Program-made: the position numbers and the translations under genes
Assembly (NCBI GenBank): GCA_002269645.1
Contig: NIVC01001374.1
Coordinates: 1 to 64,000, forward strand
Direction of reading: 5' to 3'
Length of the DNA stretch: 64,000 bases
From: Macrostomum lignano
Lineage: Eukaryota
Shown: positions 12,692 to 24,414 of the stretch, piece after piece
Layout of the letters: every line of letters begins with the position of its first letter
Position numbering within the stretch: position 1 is the stretch's first letter
The notes under the pieces: model-generated
Told to the model about the DNA's origin: nothing
The model's input: the letters and a program-made list of their open reading frames with translations, nothing else
Database searches by the model: none

Positions 12692-12958
12692 AGCCTAGTG
12701 GCTTAAAGCGTCTGAGGTCGGAGGTTCGATTCCCTCGACCCACTCGGAATAATTTGTGTCCTTAACAAGACATTTAAACTGTGCATTGCTTCAGTTCACC
12801 CAGCTGTAAAATGGGTGCCAACATTATCTGGGGTAATTGATGGTGTGTGTGGGACCCCCCCCCAGTCCTTGGACTGAACAGCCGTACGCAGCCTTCAAAA
12901 TAGCTGCGGCTGAGCTGTCGGTTGCACATCTAGTCCAATGGGGGCAGGTGTAATAAAA
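12692..12958 (+). mobile_element. CORE-type SINE, copy 2
   Basis: Same head, core and tail as the other copies, with a small deletion in the head. Confidence 0.85.
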
Positions 12959-13057
12959 ATTGCTACGTTTTTGTAGCTACATGTACGTCCTTCTTGTAAT
13001 GTAATTGGAGTGAAATATTAGACAGCAAGATTTCAGTATTCTGTTCGGTTATGATAA

Positions 13058-13117
13058 GATATTCTATGGGTTTGAGGTCGGTATGTGAAATACCGACTGA
13101 AAACCCCATAGAATATC
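13058..13117. other. 60-nt imperfect hairpin
   Basis: GATATTCTATGGGTTTGAGGTCGGTAT / loop GTGAA / ATACCGACTGAAAACCCCATAGAATATC; about 27-bp stem. Confidence 0.75.
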
Positions 13118-13635
13118 GTATTTAAACTACTTTAAATTTGCGGGATGTATTCAGATAAATCCCGCAGCCATACTTGTATGTCTATGGTTGAAGTTGGGGA
13201 TGGGGGTGTGGGGGCGAAGCCCCCACATTCTTACCATAGACAAAATTTCATAAAGAAATTTCTCGAATCACGAAGGAAGAGAAGAGAGAAGCTCGCTTAT
13301 TTAGGTACATACAATAATCCTTGCAATATGTCCGGGAAAGTGATCGATTAAATCCCGCGAAATAAAATCTATGTCAATAACCTCCCTGAAAGTGAGCTTT
13401 AAAGTGGTTTAAATACCATTATTACATGTATATGCATACGTATACGAGTTTTTTATTTATTGAAGCCGGCCATAGATAATTGCAGCGGGCGGGTTGCTGT
13501 GCGCTTCACCCGTTTCAACACGCCTAGGCTAACTAATAAATATTCTTTTGATATCTGGCAATGCGCAGATATTAAGCATAACAATTTTATTCGCCTATGG
13601 TATAGTCAAATGAGTTCCAAATCTGAAACGGCTTC

Positions 13636-15924
13636 ATGCGACATCTTGCGTTAATTCTCTGTCTACTGGGCTGTTTCGCCCTGCGCTCAACTGCCAATCG
13701 CTCTCCTGCCGCCAGTTCGACGTGTCGCACGCCAGAGAATGCGCCAGCCTAACCAACCGGCTGCTCAGCTGGATGAATCGGGACGCAAATCCTTGCGCTG
13801 ACTTCTACGAATACGCCTGCGGAGGCTTTGACCGCGCCACCGTCAACTATACCGCTTTGTTTGATCACACCGATTGGCCATCTGGCAGGCAGTTGGACGC
13901 CAAAGTTATGTACTCTGACGTACTGAATCGACAGGTGCACGACGTTCTTAATCGCGACGATCTGTTTAATGACACAAACGTTAGCAACAATGAAGTTTAT
14001 AGCTTTGCTAGGGCGTTCTTCAATAGCTGCTCCGAGTGGATGATTTCTGGTTCTGAAAGCAATGGAAGCAAAATTTCAACCGACTTCCTACTCGGCATTC
14101 TCCATCCACTGCTGGCTGAAGTTCGAGCTGGACAGAAATTCCAGGCGGAAGCGTTCTTGGCTGCGCTAGTCAGAAGCGGTAGTAGCGACGCGTTGAAAGT
14201 GTCTATTCCTGACGAAATGCTGCGCGGAAGCGCGGTAGTTTCGAATCACTATCTGTCGGACACATGGGTTTCTGGTTATGAACATCTTGTGACTGAATTG
14301 AGCTTAAATTCGAATGCCTTGGACATTAAAGAAAGTCTTGCGAAGGAGGATTTTTCAGGAACAATTCAGAAAGTTTATCTAACGGCTACCTATTTCAACC
14401 GAAGTAGCCTAGACGATGGCCTAGAAGTATTCGACGCCCTAAACAGCTCATTAAAAAAACGAATCATGGATTCCGCAATGCGTCGGGGCCCTGAATGTGT
14501 CGGACTTGACCAAGATGAGCGAGAATATGTCGCTATACCAACTGGATCAGCTCAGCAGGTGCTCGACTAATGCGAAACACTTTATTTGGACTGAATTTTT
14601 CCAGCGAGTCGTTGGACCGAATAACACTTTCGTTTTGTCGAACAACTTCAAAGTTGTCAATCTTTTGTCGGTAATTAACTTTGCCAACTACTTCAAACAG
14701 TACGAGCCAACAAATGAGAATGAATTTCTTCGAAGCAAGCAGTCGTCATTTCTGCTGCTAACATGGCTGGCTGCATTTGAAAAGTTCTTCCCGAATGACG
14801 ATTACAAAAAATTATACTGCACAGCTGCGTAGAAACGAGGGCCAACTGAGATGCTTGAAATTTACAAAGTGGCGACTGCAGGACATAGTTGCTGAAATGC
14901 TGGACAAGCGGTTTGCCAAAGTTTCACCGAATAATACGCTGATTGCCAATCAAATCCTGGAAATAGAACTCGTCATCGGGGCAAAGTTGATTAAGACAGG
15001 TAATTTTTCCAATCAGTCCCACCGTTTCCTAGCCAAACACAGATGGGACGCCCTCGTTCACAGCATCGGTTTTGATTACCTGACAGAGTCGAGGCTTAAT
15101 TTCTTTTATAAGCCGAGTAATTTAAACAACTTTAGTGACTTAAATTCATCTGCCAGTGTCTTTGGTAGTCTGCTATCGACATCTCTTCGAGCGAATTGGC
15201 GCAACGGTTTTCTAGCATTACTTACTAAAGAGCGAAACGTGCGCGCATTTGACCTTGTGAATCCTTTGTCTGACAAAGCAGTGAAGTTTGTCAGTACCTT
15301 TTTATATCATCAGACAGTCCTACCGCTTGGAATGTTGTCTCCTCCAGCACTTCACCACTCCTACCCGACTTATATGAACTTGGCTGGCTTTGGGTTGGCT
15401 TTGGCTAAGTCATTCGGTGGTATTGCCTTCGACGAAGAGGTCGTAAGAAATTTGCTATATTCGAAACACATGTCCACACAGTTGTCCGTCTGCTTGACGG
15501 ATCAGTACATGAAAATGCACAGCAACAATGCCTGGTGGAATTTCACTGATAGTCAGCGTACTCTGCTGTCATTGGATAATCAACTACGGCAGAGACTCCA
15601 CGAGTACGTGCTCGACGTGCTGGCTGTACAGCACATTGCCTATGGTTTAGAGTTGGTTCCTCGGTTGTTCAGTGACGCACGAATGCCAGTGCAGAGTCGG
15701 CGGCTCTGAACTTGACTCCTAGTAAACTGTTCTTTCTGCGGATTGCTCAAAACTGGTGCTCTTCGACCACCGGGCCTGACAACTCGCGCCAAGTTGACTG
15801 GGCCAAGGCCACGGTTAACGGAGCCGTTATGAACACGAATCAGTTCTCATCCGTGTTCCATTGTGCCGTGGGTGAACCGTTGAATCCCGCAAAGAAATGC
15901 ATTCGATGGAACCAAGTGCTCTGA
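13636..15924 (+). pseudogene. Intronless secreted neprilysin-like (M13) gene lacking HExxH, with 4 apparent frameshifts (pseudogene or assembly indels)
   Basis: Signal peptide MRHLALILCLLGCFALRSTA at 13636; C-R-T-P-E..C; NPCADFYEYACGGF; LPLGMLSPP; LFFLRIAQNWC; FHCAVGEPLNPAKKCIRW. Frame changes near 13735, 14490, 14820 and 15690. Confidence 0.8.
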
Positions 15925-16036
15925 ATTGATCATTTTAAATCGAGATAAAATACATTACAGCCTGCACTATAAGAAGAGTCTCGTGACTTCGTCCTAAAGA
16001 AGAACATATTTATCTGACTAATCAGTTCGGTTCAAT

Positions 16037-16229
16037 GGGCCGTATGCAGAAAGCTCTGTCTAGGGTAGTCCGGTCTTGAAAGGCTAGTCTAGACTTGGAT
16101 TTGGTATGCAGAAACACAAAGTTAGACCAGTCTACTATAGCAGAACTAGGCTAGCTAGACCATAGACTATAGACTGAACTACCCAAGTCCGGACTAGCTA
16201 GTCTGGACTAGGCTTTCTGCATACGGCCC
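16037..16229. mobile_element. 193-bp MITE-like element with 18-bp perfect TIRs
   Basis: GGGCCGTATGCAGAAAGC (16037-16054) and GCTTTCTGCATACGGCCC (16212-16229). No clean TSD. Confidence 0.75.
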
Positions 16230-18236
16230 AACATCTCAATTTTTGTTGATATGTGTAGGAGCGTGTAGCTTTGTGTGCTAGCTTGAAAGTGCTCGCAACA
16301 GGGACAACTAAAACAACAGGTTTTAGTTGTCCCTGGCTCGCAAGTTATTTATATTTTCGTTTCCGTCTATGGCATAAAAATGCTACAGTACAGAATCTGA
16401 CTGCGGCTAAAAGAGAGCCAGCCGACTATAAGGAAAATAAAAAGCTATTGCTGAAAGTGAAAGCAGCAAATTACTGCGCCTCCATGTTAAGATCTCATTT
16501 GACCTAAAGAGAGGTCTAACTTAAAGCCTGTCCAACAATATGTACTCTTTATCTTTTTATAACGAAACCTTTTTCAAAATTAACGAGTATTTCGTCATAA
16601 CTTTTTGATAAGTCAAGAATTTGCTACTTTAACATGATATGCAGCTTAATATTATGCAGCTTAAAAAAAACAAAATCCTAGACAACTTTTCTCCCTAAAA
16701 CAGCAGAAAGAGCAGCCCAGCAATGAAGTGCAGCAGCAGCTTCGAAGTTTTAAACTTTTTCAGGCCTAAAGACTATGGAAAAAATCTTACGAGATAATTT
16801 TTTAATCTTGAGATCTGGACTTGTAGAATTAAGACAAGATTCTACAGTGATAAAGATTACGAATATGTAATGAATATTGATTCGTTAATCCTATAGTAGA
16901 CAATAACGAAGTTACTACGTCTTGCATCAGATTTGGTTCTGGCTAGGACATCCAGATGTCTAAGCAAAACTGTCTGCAGTGGGCGGCCCTCGAAACTCAT
17001 GCCGATTCCAGAATCCCAGTATGCCCTCGAGACTCATTTCCGGGAGTCTCTCGATTCCTCTTATTTTCTTCTTTTATTTGACAAATTCAATTTTCACCAT
17101 TCGAAAAGGAATTAGCTTGTCATGATATTCTTCGAATTTCCGCATCGTAATTATGAATCTGTTACTAAGCGTGCAACAAAGATCTAAGCAATATTAATAG
17201 GGCTCAAGTTGGGAAGCCTACAAAAGTGTCGGGTGCTATCACTTTAAAAGCTTCCTCAATTGCAACCAAGAGTAACTTTGAACTATAGTATAGTTTAGTT
17301 TTCAGTATAGTTTTCTACTCCCACTCACTAGTTACAATTTTGCTACAACTTAATGTACTTTAGTGGCTTAAAAGTAATCAGCAAGTCTGAATTTACCAAA
17401 CCTATAAGCCTTTATCGTTATGTTTGCCCCGAGACAAGAAGCTTCTAGATCAGCCATCTACAATACCTGTATGGGAGTGCGGGCACCTGTTCGCTTGCTG
17501 TGCACTGGAAAATTATAGCCCATTGAGTTCTTAGCGGAGAATATATGGTAAACTGGTCCCATTCGCCCAGTGGCCAGACTTCTATAACTTGTGACGTCCC
17601 CGAATTGGTCCAACATGGACAAATCTGGCTTCAGTACAGGCTGCCTTATCAACCTGGCATGCGGACACATCACCTACAACTTATAATTGACCCTCTTTAC
17701 AGTCCAACAGATTGGGTCCTTTGCCACAGGTATACAGCATAGTCTTCAAGATTATTAATTTATGGATTCTTGTTGATTTCCAAGTTTAAGTTGAGTCCAA
17801 GTTGTACTTAAACCTCCGTTTGTCGGGATTTTGTAAAAATAGCTTTTTTGCCTCTGATATTGCTCGAAGCGATAGGCTCCATGCATCGGGGCTAAAAGCC
17901 CATGCGATGTCCTGCGAAAGGTCGCATCAAGCTTAATTAAATCAAACTAATTGTACAAGCGTGCCTTTATCAGTATTATAGGAATTATTAATGATTTTAC
18001 ATTTTTCGAACAAAATAACTGAAATCTGTAGCAGGTCTGCATGCGTACAATAATAAGCCTGTACCTGACCACCGGTAAAACCGCAGTCAAAGTCATCCGT
18101 TTTTCTTCTTTGCGGAAATAGTTTTTTGCTAGAACGAATTTCTCGTCAACCCTGGAAGATTAGAAGTCTTTTCCGTTTTTCCTCGAGCCCAAGATCCCGC
18201 TCAAATCCTACTGGCTGAGTTAAATCCCTGGAATAG

Positions 18237-18260
18237 ATCACGTGATTAACGTTATAAAAG
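18237..18260 (+). promoter_or_regulatory. Palindromic E-box (ATCACGTGAT) and TATA box (TATAAAAG)
   Basis: Motifs at 18237-18246 and 18253-18260, about 80 bp upstream of ATG 18336. Confidence 0.6.
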
Positions 18261-18335
18261 GGCCACAGAGAAGCTACATGCATAATGCAAGTCTGCCTAC
18301 CTGTCTGTCTATTAAACAAAGATTCAAACTGTTAG

Positions 18336-18737
18336 ATGGAGCCCCAGATTCGCATAGACTTCGCTGATGCTCAGGAAGAGCCCGCCGGCAGCAGCGTCAA
18401 GCCCGAGTCGAATGCCACGAGTGACGCGGTTGTCGATAAGCGTCGGCTGAATCTCTCTCTGCCCGCGCAGCCAGCGCAACGCTCCCGCCGATCCAGATCG
18501 CTGCCCTCGGTACACAGCGACGAGGCGGACACCGGCGAGCTGCGGCATCGGCTGCGGCAGCTGGCCCTGCAGCGGAGCCCGGATCTGCCGGCGCAAGGCC
18601 AGGCGGCCAAGCTGGCCATGGACACCATGCCGCTGCCAACCGACCTCAGCAAGCAGCTGCGCCGTCGTTCGTTCGACTTCTCAGCCTTGCAGAATCTTGA
18701 CGCCATTCAGGAGGGCGGCGAGGGTGCCGAGGGTTGA
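18336..18737 (+). CDS. 133-aa orphan protein with RSRSLP and RRRSF phosphorylation-type motifs
   Basis: GC-rich ORF island in AT-rich flanks, ATG to TGA, with an upstream TATA box. Confidence 0.7.
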   Translation: MEPQIRIDFADAQEEPAGSSVKPESNATSDAVVDKRRLNLSLPAQPAQRSRRSRSLPSVHSDEADTGELRHRLRQLALQRSPDLPAQGQAAKLAMDTMPLPTDLSKQLRRRSFDFSALQNLDAIQEGGEGAEG

Positions 18738-19489
18738 ATCTGATTAGCAGACGAAAGCAGAACATTGCATGGGCTGTTCGAGAGTAGCAATGACCTCTAT
18801 TTGTTACTAGACGCAGCCCAGGACCATTTGGAGTCGCTTGTGTTTGATTAAAAGTACAGCTTTATACGCGTACAAATTTACAAGTTTGCAAGTTCAAATC
18901 AGAAAAAGTACTGTGTGCGTTGATATTTTTACAAATCTCTTAGGTAATCTCTAGATAAAAGGCCTCTGGCTTTGAATTTGTTGGGACCCTCCTTCTAAGA
19001 CTTGCTTCGAGTCATATTCAATGGAACAGAATAATGTAATAATAATTGCAAGAGGTCTTTGGGCACCCTGGCGCAATGCGTCTGGCGATACATTCCACAA
19101 GTATCCCTAAAGGCAATTCTGTCCTTTCCGCAAACTCCTTGAGCACATACCGCGTACAAATGCACTCAAAGACACGCTCACACAGGGTGTACTGCAACTC
19201 TCCATCCTTTTTGACCTTCTAATCGTCAGGCATGTACTCTCTCTGTGCGTCTGAGGGGGGAAATTTGGTTGATATATTTGTCATGCGTTGAATAATTAAG
19301 TAGGGATGTAATAAATATAGGGGATGTCTCTAAACACTGCACGAAATTCATTTGTTGTGCATTTCTCATTGATTTTAATGGTTATTCTGAGGCTTAATAT
19401 TTGTTTTGTCCTACGCGCGTGTACCTTTATTGCTGTATTTGATGTTAATGACTGCATCGATCAACTTACTATTTTAGATACCTCATTTG

Positions 19490-19740
19490 AATCTTGACCC
19501 TGAGGTGTAAGCGGATTCTGAAGGGTCTTGACCCCTGAGGTGTAAGCGGATACTGAAGGGTCTTGACCCCTGAGGTGTAAGCGGATACTGAAGGGTCCTG
19601 ACCCCTGAGGTGTAAGCGGATACTGAAGGGTCCTGACCCCTGAGGTGGGAGCGGATACTGAAGGGTCCTGACCCCTGAGGTGTAAGCGGATTCTGAAGGG
19701 TCTTGACCCTGAGGTAAGGAGCGCTTGCTGAAGGGTCTGA
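19490..19740. repeat. 35-bp tandem array (GACCCCTGAGGTGTAAGCGGATACTGAAGGGTCTT)
   Basis: About 7 units. Confidence 0.9.
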
Positions 19741-20318
19741 AGACAAAATTATTTATAGCTTAAGGTGAAACTAGATGCACTACATATGTAGCCAAATTCG
19801 CTTTAACCCTAATTCGCCATGTACCGAAGCCATAAAAAATGAGGTTTCATCTCTGTGTGTAGAGTTGTAACATTAAATAAAATGCCTCAATTTAAAAAAT
19901 GCACCCTACTAGGAGCCTATGTGGCCATATCAAATTATGAACTTGCTTTTGCTGCCTATATTTTTTCGCACACTACAACTAACACACTGAAATAACGGTT
20001 AGGTAAAGAGTCATCATGCGACTTCAACATGGGCGTGTCTTATTGACAAGACTTAAACCGTGTTGCATACAGCTATGCGGACTTTGGCAGAGTACACCCG
20101 GGGGGCCCCGCCCCATGCAGTTTTGGCCAAATTCTAAAAATAAATTCTCAGCAGGGGCTACTTAGTAGGAAAAATTAATAACTATACTCTATAGCTATCG
20201 CAGTCAAAATGTTTAATCTTTTACCATTGTGGAGAGTAGGTTCTATACTGACTATGCTACTGTACAAGTAAGTAGCAATATTAGACTGTTGATTAACAGC
20301 AGTCCGTTTTTTAGTTAA

Positions 20319-20631
20319 GGGGATTGTAGCCCTGTGATTAGAGCGTCGGCCTCGCAACTGGAACGTCCGGGGTTCGATTCTCCACCTACTCGGAACAATT
20401 TGTGTCCTTGAGCAAGACACTTAACTCTGCATTGCTTCAGTTGACCCAGCTGTAAAATGGGTGCCAGCATTAGCTGGGGTAATTGAGGCTGTGTGTGGCG
20501 ACCCCCCCAGTCCTTGGACTGAACAGCCGTACGCAGCCTTCAGATGCGCCGCGCAATAGCTGCGGCTGAGCTGTCGGTTGCACAGCTGGCCCAAACTGGG
20601 GCAGGTGTAATCAATTATTATTATTATTATT
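20319..20631 (+). mobile_element. CORE-type SINE, copy 3 (full length with TTA tail)
   Basis: A-box-like TAGCCCTGTGA, B box GGTTCGATTC, core TGTGTCCTTGAGCAAGACACTTAAC...CTGTAAAATGGG, (TTA)n tail. Confidence 0.9.
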
Positions 20632-20789
20632 TAGGAAATATTAATAAGCGCAGGAGGGTTGGTGGCCCGATCGGTTTTCGCTAAAAGCTACGAAATTCTT
20701 AGATCTATCGATTCCTTATACAGATTGTTTACCTGACGACAGGTTTTGGTTGTCATGACAACTGAAAATTTAAAATTTGTAACAATTTC

Positions 20790-21332
20790 TAGAAAACTTC
20801 CATCTCAAAAAGTGACCTCCTTGCCTTATGATTGTCTGTATCACTTGTCTATCAGTTTTCTCCATGATTAAATTTGCAAGAGCCGTCCTCTTGTATGCAT
20901 ACAATGAAAGAAATGTATGCATGCATATAGCTAACCCAAATGAATGAATTCGGAATTGTTCTGGGGAGCCCCAGATACTATCTGATAAATGACCCGGCCG
21001 GGTGACTGATGAGGGACACCAGGTTGCTGCGAACAAAGTCTGTTTTTGCCTGTAGTAAGGTTTTTTCATCGCTTCCTTCGTGTAGTGAGGTACCAGATCT
21101 GTAGGCTGCAGCGCCAAGGTCAGAAAGGGGGAGAAAGAGAGGTAAAGAAATGCCGCGGTGATAAATCCTTTGCGAGACCGCAGCGGAATGCCGCTGCTGT
21201 TCCGCCATCTGCGCAGATTTTTAACGGGTCGTTCGTCATTCCGCGCATGAAGTAGAAGTGGAGACCGTAGGAAAAGAATAAATTCGATCTTGTTTCTTTT
21301 TCCGACTCCATTGTAGATGAAGCAACAGTCAT
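20790..21332 (-). pseudogene. Possible degenerate Crypton/DUF3504-like tyrosine-recombinase fragment
   Basis: Broken translation LFFSYGLHFYFMRG...PAGSFIR*YLGLP..NSFIW...DNHKARRSLF loosely resembles DUF3504 motifs. Contains stops and frameshifts. Confidence 0.3.
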
Positions 21333-21341
21333 AATATGGGG

Positions 21342-21550
21342 CGGGGGGGGTTGTAGCCTAGTGGTCAGAGCGTCGGAATCTTAACTGGAAGGTCAGGGGT
21401 TCGATTCTTGACCCACTCGGACACAATTTGTGTCCTTGAGCAAGACATTTAAATTCTGCATTGCTTCAGTTCACCCAGAGCTGTAAAATAGGGTTGCTGG
21501 GGCATTTGGGGGTGTGTGTGGCAACCCACCAGCCCTTGGACTGAACAGCC
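21342..21550 (+). mobile_element. CORE-type SINE, copy 4 (3'-truncated)
   Basis: GTAGCCTAGTGG A box, GGTTCGATTC B box and core present; ends after GGACTGAACAGCCG. Confidence 0.85.
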
Positions 21551-22164
21551 GAGATCACATTCTTGAATCACATTCAATATAGATTCTTTTATCCAAGTGA
21601 TCAAATTTGTTTAATAGCAAAATTATAAAATAACATAAGCATTGGTAAATGAGTATTTGGTCGCTAAAGCAATGCGCCTGTTAGTCAGATTATTATGAAT
21701 GACAATTCTTCTATATGGCCAAGCAAGGTCTGAAAGCAGGTACATAAAGTTCAGGTGCTTAGGTAAAATGGCTTCTTTACAATCAGGTATCGTTTTAAAA
21801 TGATAATTCATGTCAGTAAGCGGTATATGCAATAAACAACTACCGTAAAAATACTCAACAGTATATGAACTCAATTAAGCAGAACGCATAACAAAGTCAG
21901 TTAGCTATAATACAATCGATTTTAAAAATAAATTACTGTTCAAATTGTCTTCCCGACTTGCTAGCCATAAAGCAACCATTAAAAGATTAATAGAATTATT
22001 GACTGAAAAAAATTGTTTTAATTACCGGAATCAAGTTTAATCATTTTTCTGACAAGATTAAAATGATCGCTTGCACTCACTGACCCTCCACATTTCAGTA
22101 GATGAGAAATGCTTTTTTTGAAACTGTTTGTTTGCATCCGTAGCTTGTTTTTCTATTTCTTCTA

Positions 22165-22470
22165 AATCACCAGGGATGGTAAATCATCAGGGATGGTAAA
22201 TCATCAGGGATGGTAAATCACCAGGGATCGTAAATCATCAGGGATGGTAAATCATCAGGGACGGTAAATCATCAGGGATGGTAAATCATCAGGGATGGTA
22301 AATCATCAGGGATGGCAAATCACCAGGGATGGTAAACCATCAGGGATGGTAAATCATCAGGGATGGCAAATCATCAGGGATGGTAAATCATCAGGGATGG
22401 TAAATCATCAGGGATGGTAAATCATCAGGGACGGTAAATCATCACGGATGGTAAATCATCAAGAATGGTA
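22165..22470. repeat. 17-bp array (GGGATGGTAAATCATCA), locus 1
   Basis: About 17 units; same family as 25545-25868. Confidence 0.95.
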
Positions 22471-22630
22471 ATTGTCCTTGTTTTAAACTTTAGCTTATGA
22501 AACTAGTGAATTAACCTTGAACAAAGCGCACTTAATTATTTCATATTTTAGCATCTGTCAACTTTAGTTGTACATGCCGGATTTGTTAATTATTTGAGTC
22601 CCCATGGGCAGCAAATACTCCCAGCGGCCT

Positions 22631-23070
22631 TCACAACGATTGCACCAAACGTATTACTGACTTGGCAGCCGCCTCATCCTCGCTGCCGCACTCCTTGACT
22701 GACCGGTGCTTCATCAGGAAGCTGGACTCTTTCTGCCGCTTCTTCTGCTTCATCCGCCTGTTCTGAAACCAGATTTTCACCTGTGTCTCGTTAAGCTCCA
22801 AGCTGGTGGCGATCTCAATCCGCCGGGCCCTGGTCAGGTACTTGTTGAAGTGGAACTCCTTCTCCAGCTCAGTCAGCTGCTTGTTTGTAAAATTGGTTCG
22901 TCCCGTTGGGTTTGCCGCGAGCATTGGGCAGCTGGAATTCGCCGACTCAACGAATGATGTTGCTGGGCAGTCGACTGACGTGCCTGACTGCGGCTGCTGG
23001 GTCTGCTTAACCGCCTGCGGCGAGCTCAGTTCCTCCTGTTGCTGTGTTTGTTGAGAAGCTCGCCTGCAGC
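22631..23070 (-). CDS. Hox1: Labial/Hox1 homeobox protein, exon 2 (homeodomain)
   Basis: [56 protein letters not shown] is a paralogy-group-1 homeodomain. Acceptor TTTTCAG|GC, phase 1. Confidence 0.95.
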
Positions 23071-23149
23071 CTGAAAATATAAATTTAACGAAAGTTAAAG
23101 GGGTCACGTCACGTGGCGCGAGAGTCAGACGCGTTCACCTCTGAGCTGC

Positions 23150-23700
23150 TCTGCCCTGCTCGCCTAATTCCGCAATTCACACATTTTAAGAGTCGCCTAA
23201 TGCTGCAATTCACCCATTTTAGGAATCGCCTAATGCTGCAAATCACCCATTTAAAAAATCGCCTAATGCTGCAATTCACACATTTTAATAATTGCCTAAT
23301 GCTTCAATTCACACATTTTAAGAATCGCCTAATGCTGCAATTCACACATTTTAAGAATCGCCTAATGCTGCAATTCACCCATTTTAAGAATCGCCTAATG
23401 CTTCAATTCACACATTTTAAGAATCGCCTAATGCTGCAATTCACACATTTTAAGAATCGCCTAATGCTTCAATTCACACATTTTAAGAATCGCCTAATGC
23501 TTCAATTCACACATTTTAAGAATCGCCTAATGCTGCAATTCACCCATTTTAAGAATCGCCTAATGCTGCAATTCACCCATTTTAAGAATCGCCTAATGCT
23601 GCAATTCACCCATTTTAAGAATCGCCTAATGCTGCAATTCACCCATTTTGAGAATCGCCTAATTTTGCAATTCACCCATTAAGAGTCGCCTAATGCTTCA
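23150..23700. repeat. 33-bp array (AAGAATCGCCTAATGCTGCAATTCACACATTTT) in Hox1 intron
   Basis: About 16 units. Confidence 0.95.
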
Positions 23701-24414
23701 ATATTAATTCCCTCATTTAAAAAATCGAGTAGTTCTGTAATTTTTCAAAGTTCTACATGACCAGATTTTAATTTTTCTGACCTAAGCTGACTGCACCTGT
23801 GGTGAAATGTTATGCTTATCAATGGTTATATTTTGGTTAAAGTTATCACCGCTACACCAAACCAGTTTAGCGAGCCTACAGAAACGTTTCGCCAGAATTT
23901 CGGAAGCCAATTTCTGATCCTCGTGGAATGGCCTGACAACCCCACACCTCCCCAAACGTGTTTTCGGCGTGGCAATGAAACCTGGGCACACGCAACAGCA
24001 GTGTGCGAACCGAGCCGCCTTTCATCTCTCTCCTTTTCTTGCCCGTATTCGCGCGATTTTGTTTTTCCTTTGTTGTCTGCCGACCCGAACACGCCTGCAT
24101 ATATGGGCGGCTGGAACGCCCTAGAGGGTGCAGGTCGGCTTAATTGCTTATTTGCTTTTTTCGCTGTAGTCTGTCATGCCGCGGAAGCAGCGTCGGCCCT
24201 TAGTTTTTTCCGAAGATTTGAGGAGTTTGGCAGGCCTCTTTGCGCCTCATTAGCAGGTGGTGGTGGGGGTGGGGGCGTGAGGCACGTTGTGAATAATTAC
24301 GGCAACCCATCTGATAACGTCCAGGGCCAGCGACAAAGGTTAATGCATTGCTTCTGCAAGCAGAGTTTAATGCAACTTTTTACATTGAAAAGAGTGAAAA
24401 ATCGGAGATGTTAT

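Noticed and set aside
13136-13363. Possible MITE bounded by ATTTGCGGGAT / ATCCCGCGAAAT
   Set aside because: Inverted repeats are short and imperfect and no TSD was found.
17458-17742. Protein-like short ORFs on both strands
   Set aside because: No family recognised and no convincing splice context.
20319-20400. tRNA-like sequences with A and B boxes
   Set aside because: They are SINE heads that continue into the shared core and tail, not standalone tRNA genes.
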